A stretch of 64,000 nucleotides of DNA from Tubiluchus corallicola (Eukaryota > Animalia > Priapulida), in NCBI GenBank assembly GCA_030141605.1, contig JAQGDQ010000551.1:1-64000 (forward strand). The letters are read 5' to 3'. The translations under genes and the position numbers were made by a program. Positions 12,422 through 27,493 of the stretch are shown piece by piece; position 1 is the stretch's first letter, and every line of letters begins with the position of its first letter. A model generated the notes under the pieces. It searched no databases and was not told the origin of the DNA. It saw nothing but the letters and a program-made list of their open reading frames with translations.

Positions 12422-14397
12422 TTTCTCATTTCTAGTTAGACAGAAGCATGAACACTGGAAAATTCGCATGGTGTAGGCCTAAACATTAATTTCTCATTTC
12501 TAGTTAAACAGAAGCGTGAACACTGGAAAATTCGCATGGTGTAGGCCTAAACATTAATTTCTCATTTTTAGTTAAACAGAAGCGTGAACACTGGAAAATT
12601 CGCATGGTGTAGGCCTAAACATTAATTTCTCATTTTTAGTTAAACAGAAGCGTGAACACAGGAAAATTCGCATGGTGTAGGCCTAAACATTAATTTCTCA
12701 TTTCTAGTTAGACAGAAGCGTGAACACTGGAAAGTTCGCATGGTGTAGGCCTAAACATTAATTTCTCATTTCTAGTTAAACAGAAGCGTGAACACTGGAA
12801 AATTCGCATGGTGTAGGCCTAAACATTAATTTCTCATTTTTCGTTAAACAGAAGCGTGAACACTGGAAAATTCGCATGGTGTAGGCCTAAACATTAATTT
12901 CTCATTTTTAGTTAAACAGAAGCGTGAACACAGGAAAATTCGCATGGTGTAGGCCTAAACATTAATTTCTCATTTCTAGTTAGACAGAAGCGTGAACACT
13001 GGAAAGTTCGCATGGTGTAGGCCTAAACATTAATTTCTCATTTCTAGTTAAACAGAAGCGTGAACACTGGAAAATTCGCATGGTGTAGGCCTAAACATTA
13101 ATTTCTCATTTTTAGTTAAACAGAAGCGTGAACACTGGAAAATTCGCATGGTGTAGGCCTAAACATTAATTTCTCATTTTTAGTTAAACAGAAGCGTGAA
13201 CACTGGAAAATTCGCATGGTGTAGGCCTGAACATTAATTTCTCATTTCTAGTTAAACAGAAGCGTGAACACTGGAAAATTCGCATGGTGTAGGCCTAAAC
13301 ATTAATTTCTCATTTTTAGTTAAACAGAAGCGTGAACACTGGAAAATTCGCATGGTGTAGGCCTAAACATTAATTTCTCATTTTTAGTTAAACAGAAGCG
13401 TGAACACAGGAAAATTCGCATGGTGTAGGCCTAAACATTAATTTCTCATTTCTAGTTAGACAGAAGCGTGAACACTGGAAAGTTCGAATGGTGTAGGCCT
13501 AAACATTAATTTCTCATTTCTAGTTAAACAGAAGCGTGAACACTGGAAAATTCGCATGGTGTAGGCCTAAACATTAATTTCTCATTTTTAATTAAACAGA
13601 AGCGTGAACACTGGAAAATTCGCATGGTGTAGGCCTAAACATTAATTTCTCATTTTTAGTTAAACAGAAGCGTGAACACAGGAAAATTCGCATGGTGTAG
13701 GCCTAAACATTAATTTCTCATTTCTAGTTAGACAGAAGCGTGAACACTGGAAAGTTCGCATGGTGTAGGCCTAAACATTAATTTCTCATTTCTAGTTAAA
13801 CAGAAGCGTGAACACTGGAAAATTCGCATGGTGTGGCCTAAACATTAATTTCTCATTTTTAGTTAAACAGAAGCGTGAACACTGGAAAATTCGCATGGTG
13901 TAGGCCTAAACATTAATTTCTCATTTTTAGTTAAACAGAAGCGTGAACACTGGAAAATTCGCATGGTGTAGGCCTAAACATTAATTTCTCATTTCTAGTT
14001 AAACAGAAGCGTGAACACTGGAAAATTCGCATGGTGTAGGCCTAAACATTAATTTCTCATTTCTAGTTAAACAGAAGCGTGAACACTGGAAAATTCGCAT
14101 GGTGTAGGCCTAAACATTAATTTCTCATTTCTAGTTAAACAGAAGCGTGAACACTGGAAAATTCGCATGGTGTAGGCCTAAACATTAATTTCTCATTTCT
14201 AGTTAAACAGAAGCGTGAACACTGGAAAATTCGCATGGTGTAGGCCTAAACATTAATTTCTCATTTCTAGTTAAACAGAAGCGTGAACACTGGAAAATTT
14301 TCATGGTGTAGGCCTAAACATTAATTTCTCATTTCTAGTTAAACAGAAGCGTGAACACTGGAAAATTCGCATGGTGTAGGCCTAAACATTAATTTCT
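12422..14397. repeat. 68-bp minisatellite (~29 copies) in gene B intron 1
   Basis: Unit ttctcatttctagttaaacagaagcgtgaacactggaaaattcgcatggtgtaggcctaaacattaat. Confidence 0.96.
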
Positions 14398-14945
14398 TTT
14401 TACGTTATATTTATTTAAGTGGAGAATATTTCATGCTGATTGCTATACTATTCAAAAACGAAAGAGCAAAATATAATATTGGCAGCAACTGCACCGTATG
14501 ACACGTAGTATCTCGGAGGGCCCAAAATATGAAGTCAAGATTAGAGAACGATTTAATAAATTTTGTTTTGTCCGAGACACATTGCGAAAACTAATCATCA
14601 AGTTTCACCACAGGCGTCACAAGTTTTGTTTTTTTCAAAGACTAATTATCAAAATAAATAATTTTGGCAGCGGAATTGTCATCAACATATTCTGGAACTG
14701 GTCATTTTGAAGCGGAGCTCAATTATAATTACTGTAGCCTAGGGGTGCCTTAATAATTTTCCTTTGGCTGATTTGCATTAAAACATTACAACTATATACA
14801 TAATGATAACAACACTACGATAATAAAAACAGGCTCGATTTGAAAATTGTTGTTTTGTCTAGTTATTATTTTATTAATAATGATTATCACGAAGCTGCAA
14901 GTTTACTCACAACTCACAAATGTAAAGTTCATATTTTCTGCACAG

Positions 14946-15100
14946 GCATTGTTGTGTTAGCTCAAACATGTGACGATCCGTCGCTAGATGACGCTGTGTT
15001 CGCGGCTGCACATGGTAATATTACCTCACAAAATTATGGTATTGGAAACTATCCGCATAACCAACTCTGCAAGTTTGTAATATCTGGAGGCTCTGGATTT
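14946..15100 (+). CDS. Gene B exon 2: CUB1 N-terminal half
   Basis: ctgcacag| IVVLAQTCDDPSLDDAVFAAAHGNITSQNYGIGNYPHNQLCKFVISGGSGF |gtaagt. Confidence 0.9.
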
Positions 15101-15284
15101 GTAAGTCGCTATCAAACTTTGTTTTTGATTCACACCTAATTATAAGGCATGAACTTGTTGAATACTAATATGTTCCATAGATCTAACTTCACTAAGATAC
15201 CTGCTCATAATCTTTTCAATGAAAAAGGACGCCATCAATGCTCGAAAATTACTTTTGTCAGCGAACATGCCAACATTGTAACAT

Positions 15285-16225
15285 TGTATTGCATTGCGTT
15301 GCATTGCGTTGTATTGCATTGCACTGTATTGTATTGTATTGTATTGTATTGTATTGTATTGTATTGTATTGTATTGTATTGTATTGTATTGTATTGTATT
15401 GTATTGTATTGTATTGTATTGTATTGTATTGTATTGTATTGTATTGTATTGTATTGTATTGTATTGTATTGTATTTTATTGTATTGTATTGTATTGTATT
15501 GTATTGTATTGTATTGCATTGCCTTGTATTCTATTGTATTGTATTGTATTGTATTGTATTGTATTGTATTGTATTGTATTGTATTGTATTGTATTGTATT
15601 GTATTGTATTGTATTGTATTGCGTTGCGTTGCGTTGCGTTGCGTTGCGTTGCGTTGCGTTGCGTTGCGTTGCGTTGCATTGCATTGCATTGCATTGCATT
15701 GCATTGTATTGTATTGTATTGTATTGTATTGTATTGTATTGTACAGTATTGTATTGCGTTATATTTTATTGTCTTGTACTGTATTGTATTGTATTGTATT
15801 GTATTGTATTGTATTGTATTGTATTGTATTGTATTGTATTGTATTGTATTGTATTGTATTGTATTGTATTGTATTGTATTGTATTGTATTGTATTGTATT
15901 GTATTGTATTGTATTGTATTGTATTGTATTGTATTGTATTGTATTGTATTGTATTGTATTGTATTGTATTGTATTGTATTGTATTGTATTGTATTGTATT
16001 GTATTGTATTGTATTGTATTGTATTGTATTGTATTGCATTGCATTGCATTGTATTGTATTGTATTGTATTATATTGTATAGTATTCATCAATAAACTAAT
16101 TATTATTATTATTATTATTATTATTTTATTATTATTATCATTATTATTATTTTATTATTATTGTTATTATTATCATCATCATCATCATCATCATCATCAT
16201 TATTATTATTATTATTATTATTATT
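15285..16225. repeat. (TGTAT)n/(TGCGT)n/(TGCAT)n pentanucleotide array followed by (ATT)n/(ATC)n
   Basis: Direct inspection. Confidence 0.95.
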
Positions 16226-16344
16226 GATGAAATGTGTGTTGATCCGCATAAAATGTTTGTATTTTGTTATGGTTATAATTTTTGCTTTGCATGGATGAAA
16301 ATTGAATGGAAAAGTATTATTACCGGGTATTTTTATTTTTCTAG

Positions 16345-16570
16345 CACGACTATGTTCATTTTAAGCGGTTCAAACTCGAGGGAGATATGCCAGATTGTCA
16401 GTATGATTACTTGGAGATAAAAGTTGGTGCTGGTGCCGCTGTCAAATACTGCGGGACAGAAACACCTGAAGCTATCGACACCACAGATGATACCGGAATT
16501 AAATTTGAATTTTCTACTGATTACAGCGTTTCAAGGGAAGGTTTCTGGCTGCAGTATTGGAAACTACCTG
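16345..16570 (+). CDS. Gene B exon 3: CUB1 C-terminal half
   Basis: tttctag| HDYVHFKRFKLEGDMPDCQYDYLEIKVGAGAAVKYCGTETPEAIDTTDDTGIKFEFSTDYSVSREGFWLQYWKLP |gtactg (weak donor). Confidence 0.88.
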
Positions 16571-17683
16571 GTACTGTTATACCTGTACTTTCTCGTCTAT
16601 AGTTGTGAATCACCACACGTATTGCGTTCATTATAATGGTTTTATGCATTTGTCATGAGTTTTGCAATTTTCAATGGATGTATTTATTATACATAAGTCA
16701 TAAGTCATAGTCATAAGACATTTATTTCACATTACACATTTACAATAGTTTCATATACAATATCTAGTGAAAGGGCCTACAATGAACATAATACAAATAA
16801 GAAATACTGCACAGGAAAAGCCTCAAACACTGTTCACCTATATACGAAGGTAAATGTGTTGCGGGCTATCAAAAAGCAGGGCTTGTTAGATTGTCCCTTC
16901 ACAGTGAAAGAAAAAAGTAATGGAAATAATCTGAAAATTTAAAGTGAATCGTATGATAAAAAAAACATTAGTGCTTAAAATGGAATGATGTAATGAATGA
17001 AGCTCATATATGGGATAATATAAAAGATAGAAAGACTATTATTTGTTAATAGTATGTAAAATTAAGATGTCTTGGTTAAGATATATATATACCAAACACT
17101 GCTGTTTTGCAACTACTGTGAGGATGGATACTGATAGACGTTTGCGCAACTGCTTTGTCAATTGTACGTATACACTGTATTAAGCACAAAACGAAGGCTT
17201 ACTCATATGCAATTATAATTGAAATTTAATAGCAGAAATAAAATAGGAGAACTGGATACTAACTACTGCAAACTCATCTCTTTGACTCAGAGCCGGCTCT
17301 TGATAGTTTGACGCCCCAGGTAAAAGTATTTTTAGCGCCCCCTCGTCAACGGTCAATCCCTACCCCACAGACCCAATGCACCTACCTACAAAATAGAATT
17401 TTTGTTGCATATATTAAAGTATAATGGTACTTGTGAGTTGGGCCTATACCTATACATGTACTATAGTGTAGTTAATTAACTGTAGTTAATCACGCATTTG
17501 AAATTGACCTCACTGTTCGTTCTGGGTGTTCAGGAGCAAAAATTATCAACAATTTCTGCTGGGCAGTTTCATGTGCATATTTTTAATTGGATTTTCCTTC
17601 AGCCTTTCCATAAGAACATTTTTCAAACACTAACTGAGATTAATATCTCTTTTTCACATACGTCAATTTCATTAGTATTACAT

Positions 17684-18569
17684 GTTTTACACGTCAAATG
17701 TAGACCTACGTTAAGTCAAATGTAGATTTACGTAATTCAAATGTGTGTTGATAACTCAAATGTAGACTTAGGTAGTTCAAATGTGTTAACAATGGTTTTC
17801 AACAAATCTTAAGCGTTTTGGTAAGTCAAATGTAGACACATGTCAAGTCAAATGTCCTATGTCTACATTTGACTTACCTAAGTCACATTTGAGTTACCAA
17901 AACACATTCGAAATTCCTATGTCTACATTTGACTTACCTAAGTCACATTTGACTTACCTAAGTCACATTTGAACTTTCCTATGTCTACATTTGACTTACC
18001 TAAGTCACATTTGAACTTTCCTGTGTCTACATTTGACTTACCTAAGTCACATTTGAACTTTCCCATGTCTACATTTGACTTACCTAAGTCACATTTGAAC
18101 TTTCCTGTGTCTACGTTTGACTTACCTAAGTCACATTTGAACTTTCCTGTGTCTACATTTGACTTACCTAAGTCACATTTGAACTTTCCTATGTCTACAT
18201 TTGACTTACCTAAGTCACATTTGAACTTTCCTATGTCTACATTTGACTTACCTAAGTCACATTTCAACTGTCCTGTGTCTACATTTGACTTACTTAAGTC
18301 ACATTTGAACTTTCCTGTGTCTACATTTGACTTACCTAAGTCACATTTGAAGTTTCCTATGTCTACATTTGACTTACCTAAGTCACATTTGAACTTTCCT
18401 GTGTCTACATTTGACTTACCTAAGTCACATTTGAGTTACCAAAACACATTCGAAATTCCTATGTCTACATTTGACTTACCAAAGTCACATTTGAACTTTC
18501 CTATGTCTACATTTGACTTACCTAAGTCACATTTGAACTTTCCTGTGTCTACATTTGACTCGTAAAACC
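17684..18569. mobile_element. Foldback-like element whose inverted arms consist of tandem repeats (42-bp unit expanded in the right arm)
   Basis: Left end gttttacacgtcaaatgtagac is an inverted match to right end gtctacatttgactcgtaaaac. A second copy lies at 24977-25309. Confidence 0.75.
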
Positions 18570-18658
18570 TATATTATCAGCTTCCCAGCCATATAACTTT
18601 GGTCTGATTCCAAATACTTCATTTGAAACCTTGGTTAGCTATTTTCTCCTCTTTATAG

Positions 18659-18822
18659 AGGGTGGTCACACGGCACCAACAGAAGATCCAAATGTATGGC
18701 CAGCATGCGATGGAGAGATTGACGTAAGAGAAGAACCGGGCACAATTGAAACAGCTCAGTATCCAAACAACTACCAACCGTTTGCTGACTGTAGATGGCG
18801 TCTAACTGCTAAGGAAGGCAAT
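18659..18822 (+). CDS. Gene B exon 4: linker + CUB2 N-terminal half
   Basis: ctttatag| (E)GGHTAPTEDPNVWPACDGEIDVREEPGTIETAQYPNNYQPFADCRWRLTAKEGN |gtgagt. Confidence 0.92.
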
Positions 18823-19324
18823 GTGAGTAACCCTTTTAAACTAAAGCTCGACTATGACTATAAAGGGATGTTCACGTTTAGCACCATTTCTGTGAGCTAT
18901 ACTTAATGGCTATTAAGTACAAACGTTAGCTGAATGGAACAGTAATTACTGAATGCACTATTACTATAATTATTAAGAGAGTTTTGTCTTTTGTTTGTAC
19001 ATTATTCACGAACTACCAAATGGCGCCACCTTTTGGCACTTTTCATAATTTCTTGAAATTCAAAAAATAAACTGATTTACTAAAATTTCAAAAAACTAAA
19101 ATTTTATTCAAATCATAACACAAATAAAACAGTAATTGTTATGTATAGTTTGTAAGAAATGTCAAAACATGATTTTGTTATTGTAATATGCAATCATTTA
19201 GACAGACGAATTTCAATTAGCTGAAATTTCTCATTATATTTAACCGGTTCGCTTAGGAAACGTTGGGCTTTAAATGTAGCATTTTTTCTCTTCCTTGTTC
19301 TTTTACTTTGTTAATTATAACATA

Positions 19325-20336
19325 TATAACAAGTACCCTAAAATTGATACTGTCCAGAATAAGGCATTAAGAATATTTCTTGGTGTTCATAATTTTGCTG
19401 CTAATCAATGTATACAGGGTGATATGGGATGGTCATCATCTTCAGTTAGAAGAAAGTTATCTATGATAAGGTATTGGAATCGTCTTTTAACAATTGATAA
19501 TTCTAGACTTGTTAAGAGAATATTTCTTTGGGACCGAAATACCAACGTTGGTTGGTCATATGAAATTTCTAAAGTCCTAGAGGAAGCAGGGTTCCAGCAA
19601 GCTTTTGTTAATATGGATACTGTACCTCTTAGCAGAGCATGGGCACAGCTGTATGAGAAACACTGTGTTGATTGGAAAGCAAAAAATGCAGATTACCCTA
19701 AACTTAGAACATATATATTGTATAAGAACAGCTTTGGAGTAGAACCATATGTTTATATTAATATGCAAGGAAAATACAGGTCTGTGCTTGCAAAGCTAAG
19801 AAGTGGTACTCTTCCCCTGGAACTGGAGCATGGTAGGTTTAGAAATGTTAAGGTTGGTGAACGTTTGTGTAAGATATGTTGCTGTGGAGATGTAGAAGAT
19901 GAATCTCACTTTATGTTTGTTTGTACACATTATAGACTAGAGAGAGAAGAATTTTTCCAAGATATTAACATGGACCCGGAACAATTAGATAATGTAAATA
20001 AATGGAAATATATTATGTCAGAAGAGAATGTCCTTAGGACTGCAAAATATGCTTATAAGATTTTTAGAATGAGGCAAAGCAAGATATATATTTAATACAT
20101 GACTTGTCCATTCAGGTATATGTTAAAATTCCATATTATATATTTTCTTTTATTTGATATTCTATGTAAATGAACTGCACAGTTATTATGTGATAAATTT
20201 TCATGAAATTGACTTGTAAGCCCAAGTGGGCTGGAAACAGCTTTAATAACATTTTACAGTATTAATTAACACATGAATTATTACATTGTTACTATCATAT
20301 GTTTATGTCAATAAAGATATTCAAATCAAAATCAAA
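19325..20336 (+). mobile_element. 5'-truncated non-LTR retrotransposon (RTEX-like ORF2 C-terminus + 3'UTR)
   Basis: ORF to 20095 contains KLRTY...LAKLRSGTLPLELEHGRF...RLCKIC...VEDESHFMFVC, a CCHC-type C-terminal motif. Ends with AATAAA and a short tcaaa(a) tail. Clade assignment is an inference. Confidence 0.85.
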
Positions 20337-20859
20337 TATGACACTGACATTGTTTATTAGCAGAATTTTTACAAAATAAGTAAAAATGTTACACAAAATA
20401 TTCTACTAAGGTCGAAGGAATTTTTTCAAATATAGGCCTCTAGGTCTAATAGTGGTTTCGCTCAGTATAGTGCAATGTAAGAGCCTAAACTAGTACCTAT
20501 ACTATAGACCTATGCATAGATTATACCAAAACTCAGCATATACTGTGCACTCATACACCCACATATGCACCCACACACACATGCACTCTCATGCGCGCGC
20601 ACACATGCACACAAGCACTTGCGTATAGTGAACAGAACTAATGGCAACGGCAGTGGCAGCAACACCTAAAGCAGAATCGGTTGCAACTGTAATGGCAATA
20701 ACAACAGCAATGTCAGCTCAGCTCTACCAATGGTCGCAATGGCAACAGCGACAACAGTAACTGCAATGACTGTGTTGGCAACATTGACGACAACAGCTAC
20801 AATGGCTATAGGAATAACAATGTCAGCAATTTGAAGTGATGATGGTTGCAATGGTAAAG

Positions 20860-22395
20860 ACTACAACTATAATGGCAATGACAGTAACAATGGCGGCAAT
20901 ACAGTAACAATGGCAATGACAGTAACAATGACGGCAATATAGTAACAATGGTAATGACAGTAACAATGACGGCAATATAGTAACAATGGCAATGACAGTA
21001 ACAATGACGGCAATATAGTAACAATGGCAATGACAGTAATAATGACGGCAATATAGTAACAATGACGGCAATACAGTAACAATGGCAATGACAGTAACAA
21101 TGTCGGCAATACAGTAACAATGGTAATGGCAGTAAAAATGACGGCAATATAGTAACAATGGCAACGACAGTAACAATGACGGAATATAGTAACAATGGCA
21201 ATGACAGTAACAATGACGGAATATAGTAACAATGGCAATGACAGTAACAATGACGGCAATATAGTAACAATGGCAATGACAGTAACAATGACGGAATATA
21301 GTAACAATGGCAATGACAGTAACAATGACGGAATATAGTAACAATGGTAATGACAGTAACAATAACGGCAATATAGTAACAATGGCAATGACAGTAACAA
21401 TGACGGCAATATAGTAACAATGGTAATGACAGTAACAATGACGGCAATATAGTAACAATGGCAATGACAGTAACAATGACGGCAATATAGTAACAATGGC
21501 AATGACAGTAATAATGACGGCAATATAGTAACAATGACGGCAATACAGTAACAATGGCAATGACAGTAACAATGTCGGCAATACAGTAACAATGGTAATG
21601 GCAGTAAAAATGACGGCAATATAGTAACAATGGCAACGACAGTAACAATGACGGAATATAGTAACAATGGCAATGACAGTAACAATGACGGAATATAGTA
21701 ACAATGGCAACGACAGTAACAATGACGGCAATATAGTAACAATGGCAATGACAGTAACAATGACGGAATATAGTAACAATGGCAATGACAGTAACAATGA
21801 CGGAATATAGTAACAATGGTAATGACAGTAACAATAACGGCAATATAGTAACAATGGCAATGACAGTAACAATGACGGCAATATAGTAACAATGGCAATG
21901 ACAATAACAATGACGGAATACAGTAACAATGGCAATGACAGTAACAATGACGGAATATAGTAACAATGGCAATGACAGTAACAATGACGGAATATAGTAA
22001 CAATGGCAACGACAGTAACAATGACGGAATATAGTAACAATGGCAATGACAGTAACAATGACGGCAATATAGTAACAATGGCAATGACAGTAACAATGAC
22101 GGAATACAGTAACAATGACAATGACAGTAACAATGACGGCAATATAGTAACAATGGCAATGACAATAACAATGACGGAATACAGTAACAATGGCAATGAC
22201 AGTAACAATGACGGCAATATAGTAACAATGGCAATGACAATAACAATGATGGAATACAGTAACAATGGCAATGACAGTAACAATGACGGCAATACAGTAA
22301 CAATGGCAATGACAGTAGCAATGACGGCAATATAGTAACAATGGCAATGACAGTAACAATGACGGCAATATAGCAACAATGGCAATGACAGCAAC
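20860..22395. repeat. 37/38-bp minisatellite with a ~472-bp higher-order duplication
   Basis: Unit acagtaacaatgacgg(c)aatatagtaacaatggcaatg. A variant block at 21036 recurs at 21508. Confidence 0.92.
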
Positions 22396-22670
22396 TGCAA
22401 TGACATTGACACCGGCAGCAGCAATGGCGTCTTGTTATTCATTGATCTCAAACTCGGGTTTCTCTCAGATTTGAAGTCTTACTTGTTCTTTTATCTTACA
22501 TACTGTCGCTGTTGTTATCATCATTATCATCAGCGTCATCGACATTGTCATCACAATTTTGACTAATCAATTAAAACCGTAAAGTTAATACGAACGTCTA
22601 ATTTTAATGTTTTTTAGATTTACTTGAATTTTTGCTTTATTTTCGAAATTACTGTCGCTGACATTTCCAG

Positions 22671-22908
22671 GCAGTTCAAGTTGAATTTGAAGATTTTTCG
22701 GTAGAACCACACCCATCTTGTGAGACAGATCATCTGCTCATTTATGACGGTGAGGACCAGTACAGCCCTCTATTGGCGAGATTATGCGGTACAGATCTTC
22801 CAAAACCGATTACAAGTTCTGGCCGCCACATGTTCCTGCATTTTGAGTCTGATGCAACTGTCGGTTACAGAGGGTTCCGAGCTCGATATGCGTGGGTGGA
22901 TGAACCTC
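22671..22908 (+). CDS. Gene B exon 5: CUB2 C-terminal half
   Basis: tttccag| AVQVEFEDFSVEPHPSCETDHLLIYDGEDQYSPLLARLCGTDLPKPITSSGRHMFLHFESDATVGYRGFRARYAWVDEP |gtaagt. Confidence 0.94.
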
Positions 22909-23334
22909 GTAAGTGCATAAAATAGATCAATTTTATTTAATAATAAAAGCCTAAAACCTGTTACTTATAAGAAAATAATGTGTTTGTGAAGACAGGCATT
23001 TAGAAATACAACAAAACTCATTTTGTGGCAGTAAACATAAAGCAAAATACGTGGTAATAGCTTCTATTATGGCAATAGCAAATATGGCTGACTCTGATCG
23101 CTGGGACAAACAGCTATAACGACAAGCAGCGACCTCTGTGAACAACATAGCACTGAGACGCTACATTCAAGTTAATCGTCACATTATAAAAACAACAATA
23201 TCGTTAATTTTCAGCCATTGTTATCTCTTCAATGGCCATCAAACGATTTCCGTATTTATTACAATGTAGCATGCTGATTATTACAGTGTTACATTACTAT
23301 TAGTTGGTTTGCTGACCGCCATTTTCTATCTTAC

Positions 23335-24080
<746 letters not shown>

Positions 24081-24254
24081 TAATTTGGCCATCATTCAAA
24101 CGAATCGAAGCTACAAACGTCAGATTGCAGATCTACCAGGCACGAGTTTATAAAACCAGAAGATTTGCTTCACTAACTGGTTCTCCCTCGTTATTTTTAA
24201 AGTATTAACAAAATTCTCCTTCGCTCCTCACATGTTTACCTTATATTTTGACAG

Positions 24255-24383
24255 CAACATTGCCGCCATCAGAAGTGTGTCAAGCGGACTACTTTCCATG
24301 CGTCATCGGTAAATGTGTCCCTCTAGAGGCTTACTGCAATGGCATGTTGGAATGCGAGGATTCAAGTGACGAAGACTATTGCG
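24255..24383 (+). CDS. Gene B exon 6: LDLa repeat
   Basis: tttgacag| (P)TLPPSEVCQADYFPCVIGKCVPLEAYCNGMLECEDSSDEDYC |gtgagt. Confidence 0.94.
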
Positions 24384-24976
24384 GTGAGTGAAATATCTGC
24401 TGTATGAATTTGAGATAATCTTGTATATTTTACAAGGTTACTAGTACGAAAACATCGCGCAAGCAATATCCTAGACGATTTAGGCCACATAAAGTAATGT
24501 TTAGGCCTGTTATAGACTGACTTTCAAGAGCAAGTTAACCTTCTTGAATTTCAACTTCACATCAAAGTGATAAACATTAAGATGCGTTGACCAAACTCTA
24601 TTAAAAAGTTATCAATGGCTTAAATTAATATCAGTACCACGACGAACATTTTTTGTAAGTCAAATGTTGACATTCTGCAATTTAAATCACACGAGTTTAA
24701 TTTAATGTTAATTAAATTTATTTACTTGCACAGCTGACAACATTAGGTGTGTTGGAACAACCAGCGCCTAATTACAAATATGGTAATTTATAATAAAGGA
24801 AGCAAGATGTGACTTATGGTGTCCACAAGTCAGCATTAATACCACAACACATTAATTAAAATAATTGAAAATAAGAACTGTTTACATATAATTACAATTA
24901 GTATAAGAGTGGATTCTCAAAAAATAGTAATAGTACAAAACACACTCATTAGTGTACGTGAGATTGAAGATTAAAG

Positions 24977-25309
24977 TATAGGTTTTACATGTCAAATGTA
25001 GACCTGCGTTAACTCAAATGTAGATTTAGGTCATTCAAATGTGTCTTGGTAACTCAAATGTAGACTTAGGTAGTTCAAATGTGTCTTGGTAACTCAAATG
25101 TAGACTTAGGTAGTTCAAATGTGTCTTGGTAACTCAAATGTAGACTTAGGTAGTTCAAATGTGTCTTGGTAACTCAAATGTAGACTTAGGTAGTTCAAAT
25201 TTGTTAACAATGGTTTTCAAGAAATCTTAAGCGTTTTTGCTAAGTCATTTGAAATTCCTATGTCTACATTTGACTTACCAAAACACATTCGAAATTCCTA
25301 TGTCTACAT
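24977..25309. mobile_element. Second, right-truncated copy of the foldback-like element
   Basis: Starts tataggttttacatgtcaaatgtagac. A 40-bp unit is repeated ~4 times in the left arm. Shares the spacer gttaacaatggttttcaa.aaatcttaagcgttt with the 17684 copy. Confidence 0.75.
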
Positions 25310-25413
25310 GCCGCTTGAAGTCCTGCACGCAAAAACGCGGTATGTAAGCGATATAAAATTTGAAAACGAATTTTGTAAGCTTTATGTTTATGAAGGGTTT
25401 TCTTGTGCTTTAA
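25310..25413 (+). mobile_element. Terminal fragment of the Kolobok-like element
   Basis: Similar to ~32680-32780 and ends ttttcttgtgctttaa. Confidence 0.6.
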
Positions 25414-25438
25414 GAAGTTGTTTGTTTTTGTCCCACAG

Positions 25439-25652
25439 AGGAGCTGAACAGTCAGTGTGGGCGTCCAGAAATTGAACACTTCGTTGGCAATCAGTTCCAA
25501 GCTGGATCAAGGATTGTCGGTGGGACTATTGTGCGACCAGGTAGCTGGCCTTGGATGGCGTACTTGGGCGAGCTGCTGGGCGGTGGTCTAGTTTGCGGAG
25601 GTGCTCTCATTGAAAAGAGGCACGTGTTGACGTCAGCGTACTGTGGCAGACT
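25439..25652 (+). CDS. Gene B exon 7: activation peptide + protease domain N-terminus (His57->Tyr)
   Basis: cccacag| EELNSQCGRPEIEHFVGNQFQAGSR-IVGGTIVRPGSWPWMAYLGELLGGGLVCGGALIEKRHVLTSAYCGR |gtaagt. Missed by the ORF track. Confidence 0.95.
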
Positions 25653-25858
25653 GTAAGTGTCTGATGATTTTCTCTGCTTCAGTATTATGCACAAAACCCA
25701 GAGGTAACTGTAAAAGATTATCGTTCCACTAAAGACGGAGTGCCACATATTGTAACTTCATTAGTGAATTCTAGTCTGCTAGTATATAGGCTTCATATTC
25801 ATCTTACCCATGTTGCTACATTTATAATAAAAGATTTCTCTAAACCCATACTGACTAG

Positions 25859-25859
25859 T

Positions 25860-25890
<31 letters not shown>

Positions 25891-26310
25891 CTTTATTTGC
25901 CATAAAAATCGATATTCATAACTATAAAAGCATAAAAGAACATCGCAGCATGAGAATAAAATTCACACAACTGTTAAAGGCAAATGTGTCCAGTGCAAAC
26001 TAAAAACTACTGTGCCAAAAATTTAAAACAAAATATACATTATAATGTTACACGCAAATTATAATAGACTATATACAATATATACGTATAATTTAAAATG
26101 GACGTGGGTAAATAAAATTTGCGGATGAATATATATTATCGTTTACGTATGTTGGGTTTTCAAAACGATTTAATGTATGTATTTTTAATTTTGATTTGAA
26201 TTCGTCGAAAGACTTGATTTGTTTTAAATTTGATGGCAGGGCATTCCAAAGTTGAACTCCTTGTTTAGTATTAGAACTGTTGCCGTATAGTTTTGGGTCG
26301 GTGTTCATCG
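25859..26310 (-). mobile_element. LINE (L2/CR1-group-like) 3' fragment
   Basis: ORF end GVQLWNALPSNLKQIKSFDEFKSKLK, then a 3'UTR, AATAAA and a (TA)n tail. Confidence 0.75.
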
Positions 26311-26906
26311 TTGTTACAATTATTGCTTCTTAAAGAAAGAGTGGTTCCAGTTAAATTGTGTAAATTTTCATGAAACCGTTAGCTTAAGGCACGTATTTGC
26401 AGATAATATTGTTGCTTTGATGCTCAGAGAAGTACTACGAATCAATTACTGAAATATGAAAAAGCAGGAGAGAACATCCGTAACGTGCAAGAACTAAAAC
26501 TTTTAACTTCCCCCCCCGCCAGAAAAATAAACTGTGTATTCTGTTTTGCGTAAAAATTTAATGTAATAGGAAAGTAGTAAGAAATGTATTTAAAGTGACA
26601 TTTGGACTAAAATCGCTATAATGTACCGACTGTGGCATTTACCTCGTTCCTCGTGTATACATCTAACTAATTTTAGTCAACAAACTTCATACATGCATAA
26701 TAATCTTGACTTAAGGTAAACAGTGGATGTGCCACAATTAGAGGACTCTCTCTCTCTAAGCAATTAGAGGACTCTCTCTAAAAGGCTAGATGGCGCTAGC
26801 CTATAAACCCCCTGGAAATGAAAAAAACCCTGCAAATTTAAGGCGGAAGTACTTAATTAATTAAATTATTCATATAAAATTGGAGATCTCTTTTCATTCT
26901 TTGCAG

Positions 26907-27175
26907 ATTGCAGGACAGCATGATGCCAATGACGGTTTCATTGGGCAAATACGAAAAACAAATCACTGGTGCCAATGAGCAGACGTTTCTAATCGACAAA
27001 ATCTGGGTTCATGAGAATTACAATGCAACGTCACATGACAATGATATTGCCATAGTTCGTCTTAGCAACGACGCCGTCCTCAATTCTTATGTCATTCCAA
27101 TTTGCTTGCCAAGACGACGTCAAGAAATCTTCAGAGGACGAGGAGCTTACGTCACTGGTTGGGGAGAGACTCTTG
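26907..27175 (+). CDS. Gene B exon 8: protease domain (Asp102 retained)
   Basis: ttgcag| ...IWVHENYNATSHDNDIAIVRL...VIPICLP...AYVTGWGETL |gtacgt. Confidence 0.95.
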
Positions 27176-27185
27176 GTACGTGACC

Positions 27186-27405
27186 CAGGGCCTATTTCAG
27201 CCTAAGCGAGGCCCGGAGAAGTGGGGCGTGTGAGGCCCCCTCGGGTTGGTTGGCGCCCAGAAAATTTTTGAACTGCTAGAACGCCGGGGAAACATTTTCG
27301 AAGAGAAAATATGGAGTTATACAGTTGTTAAAGGAAAGAACAATTGAAAGAAAAACTGCTTTATTCTCAAGACCAGTCCTTAATGCTTGTCAATACTGGC
27401 AGAGA

Positions 27406-27493
<88 letters not shown>

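Noticed and set aside
9106-14397. 46-bp and 68-bp arrays as possible CRISPR arrays
   Set aside because: Units abut head-to-tail with no unique spacers, and the context is eukaryotic and intronic/intergenic.
15149-16227. (CIVLY)n / (QYNTI)n ORFs
   Set aside because: Pentanucleotide microsatellite inside gene B intron 2.
20806-22451. ~500-aa minus-strand His/Cys-rich ORFs
   Set aside because: All three frames are open and share the same shifting motifs, which marks a minisatellite artefact.
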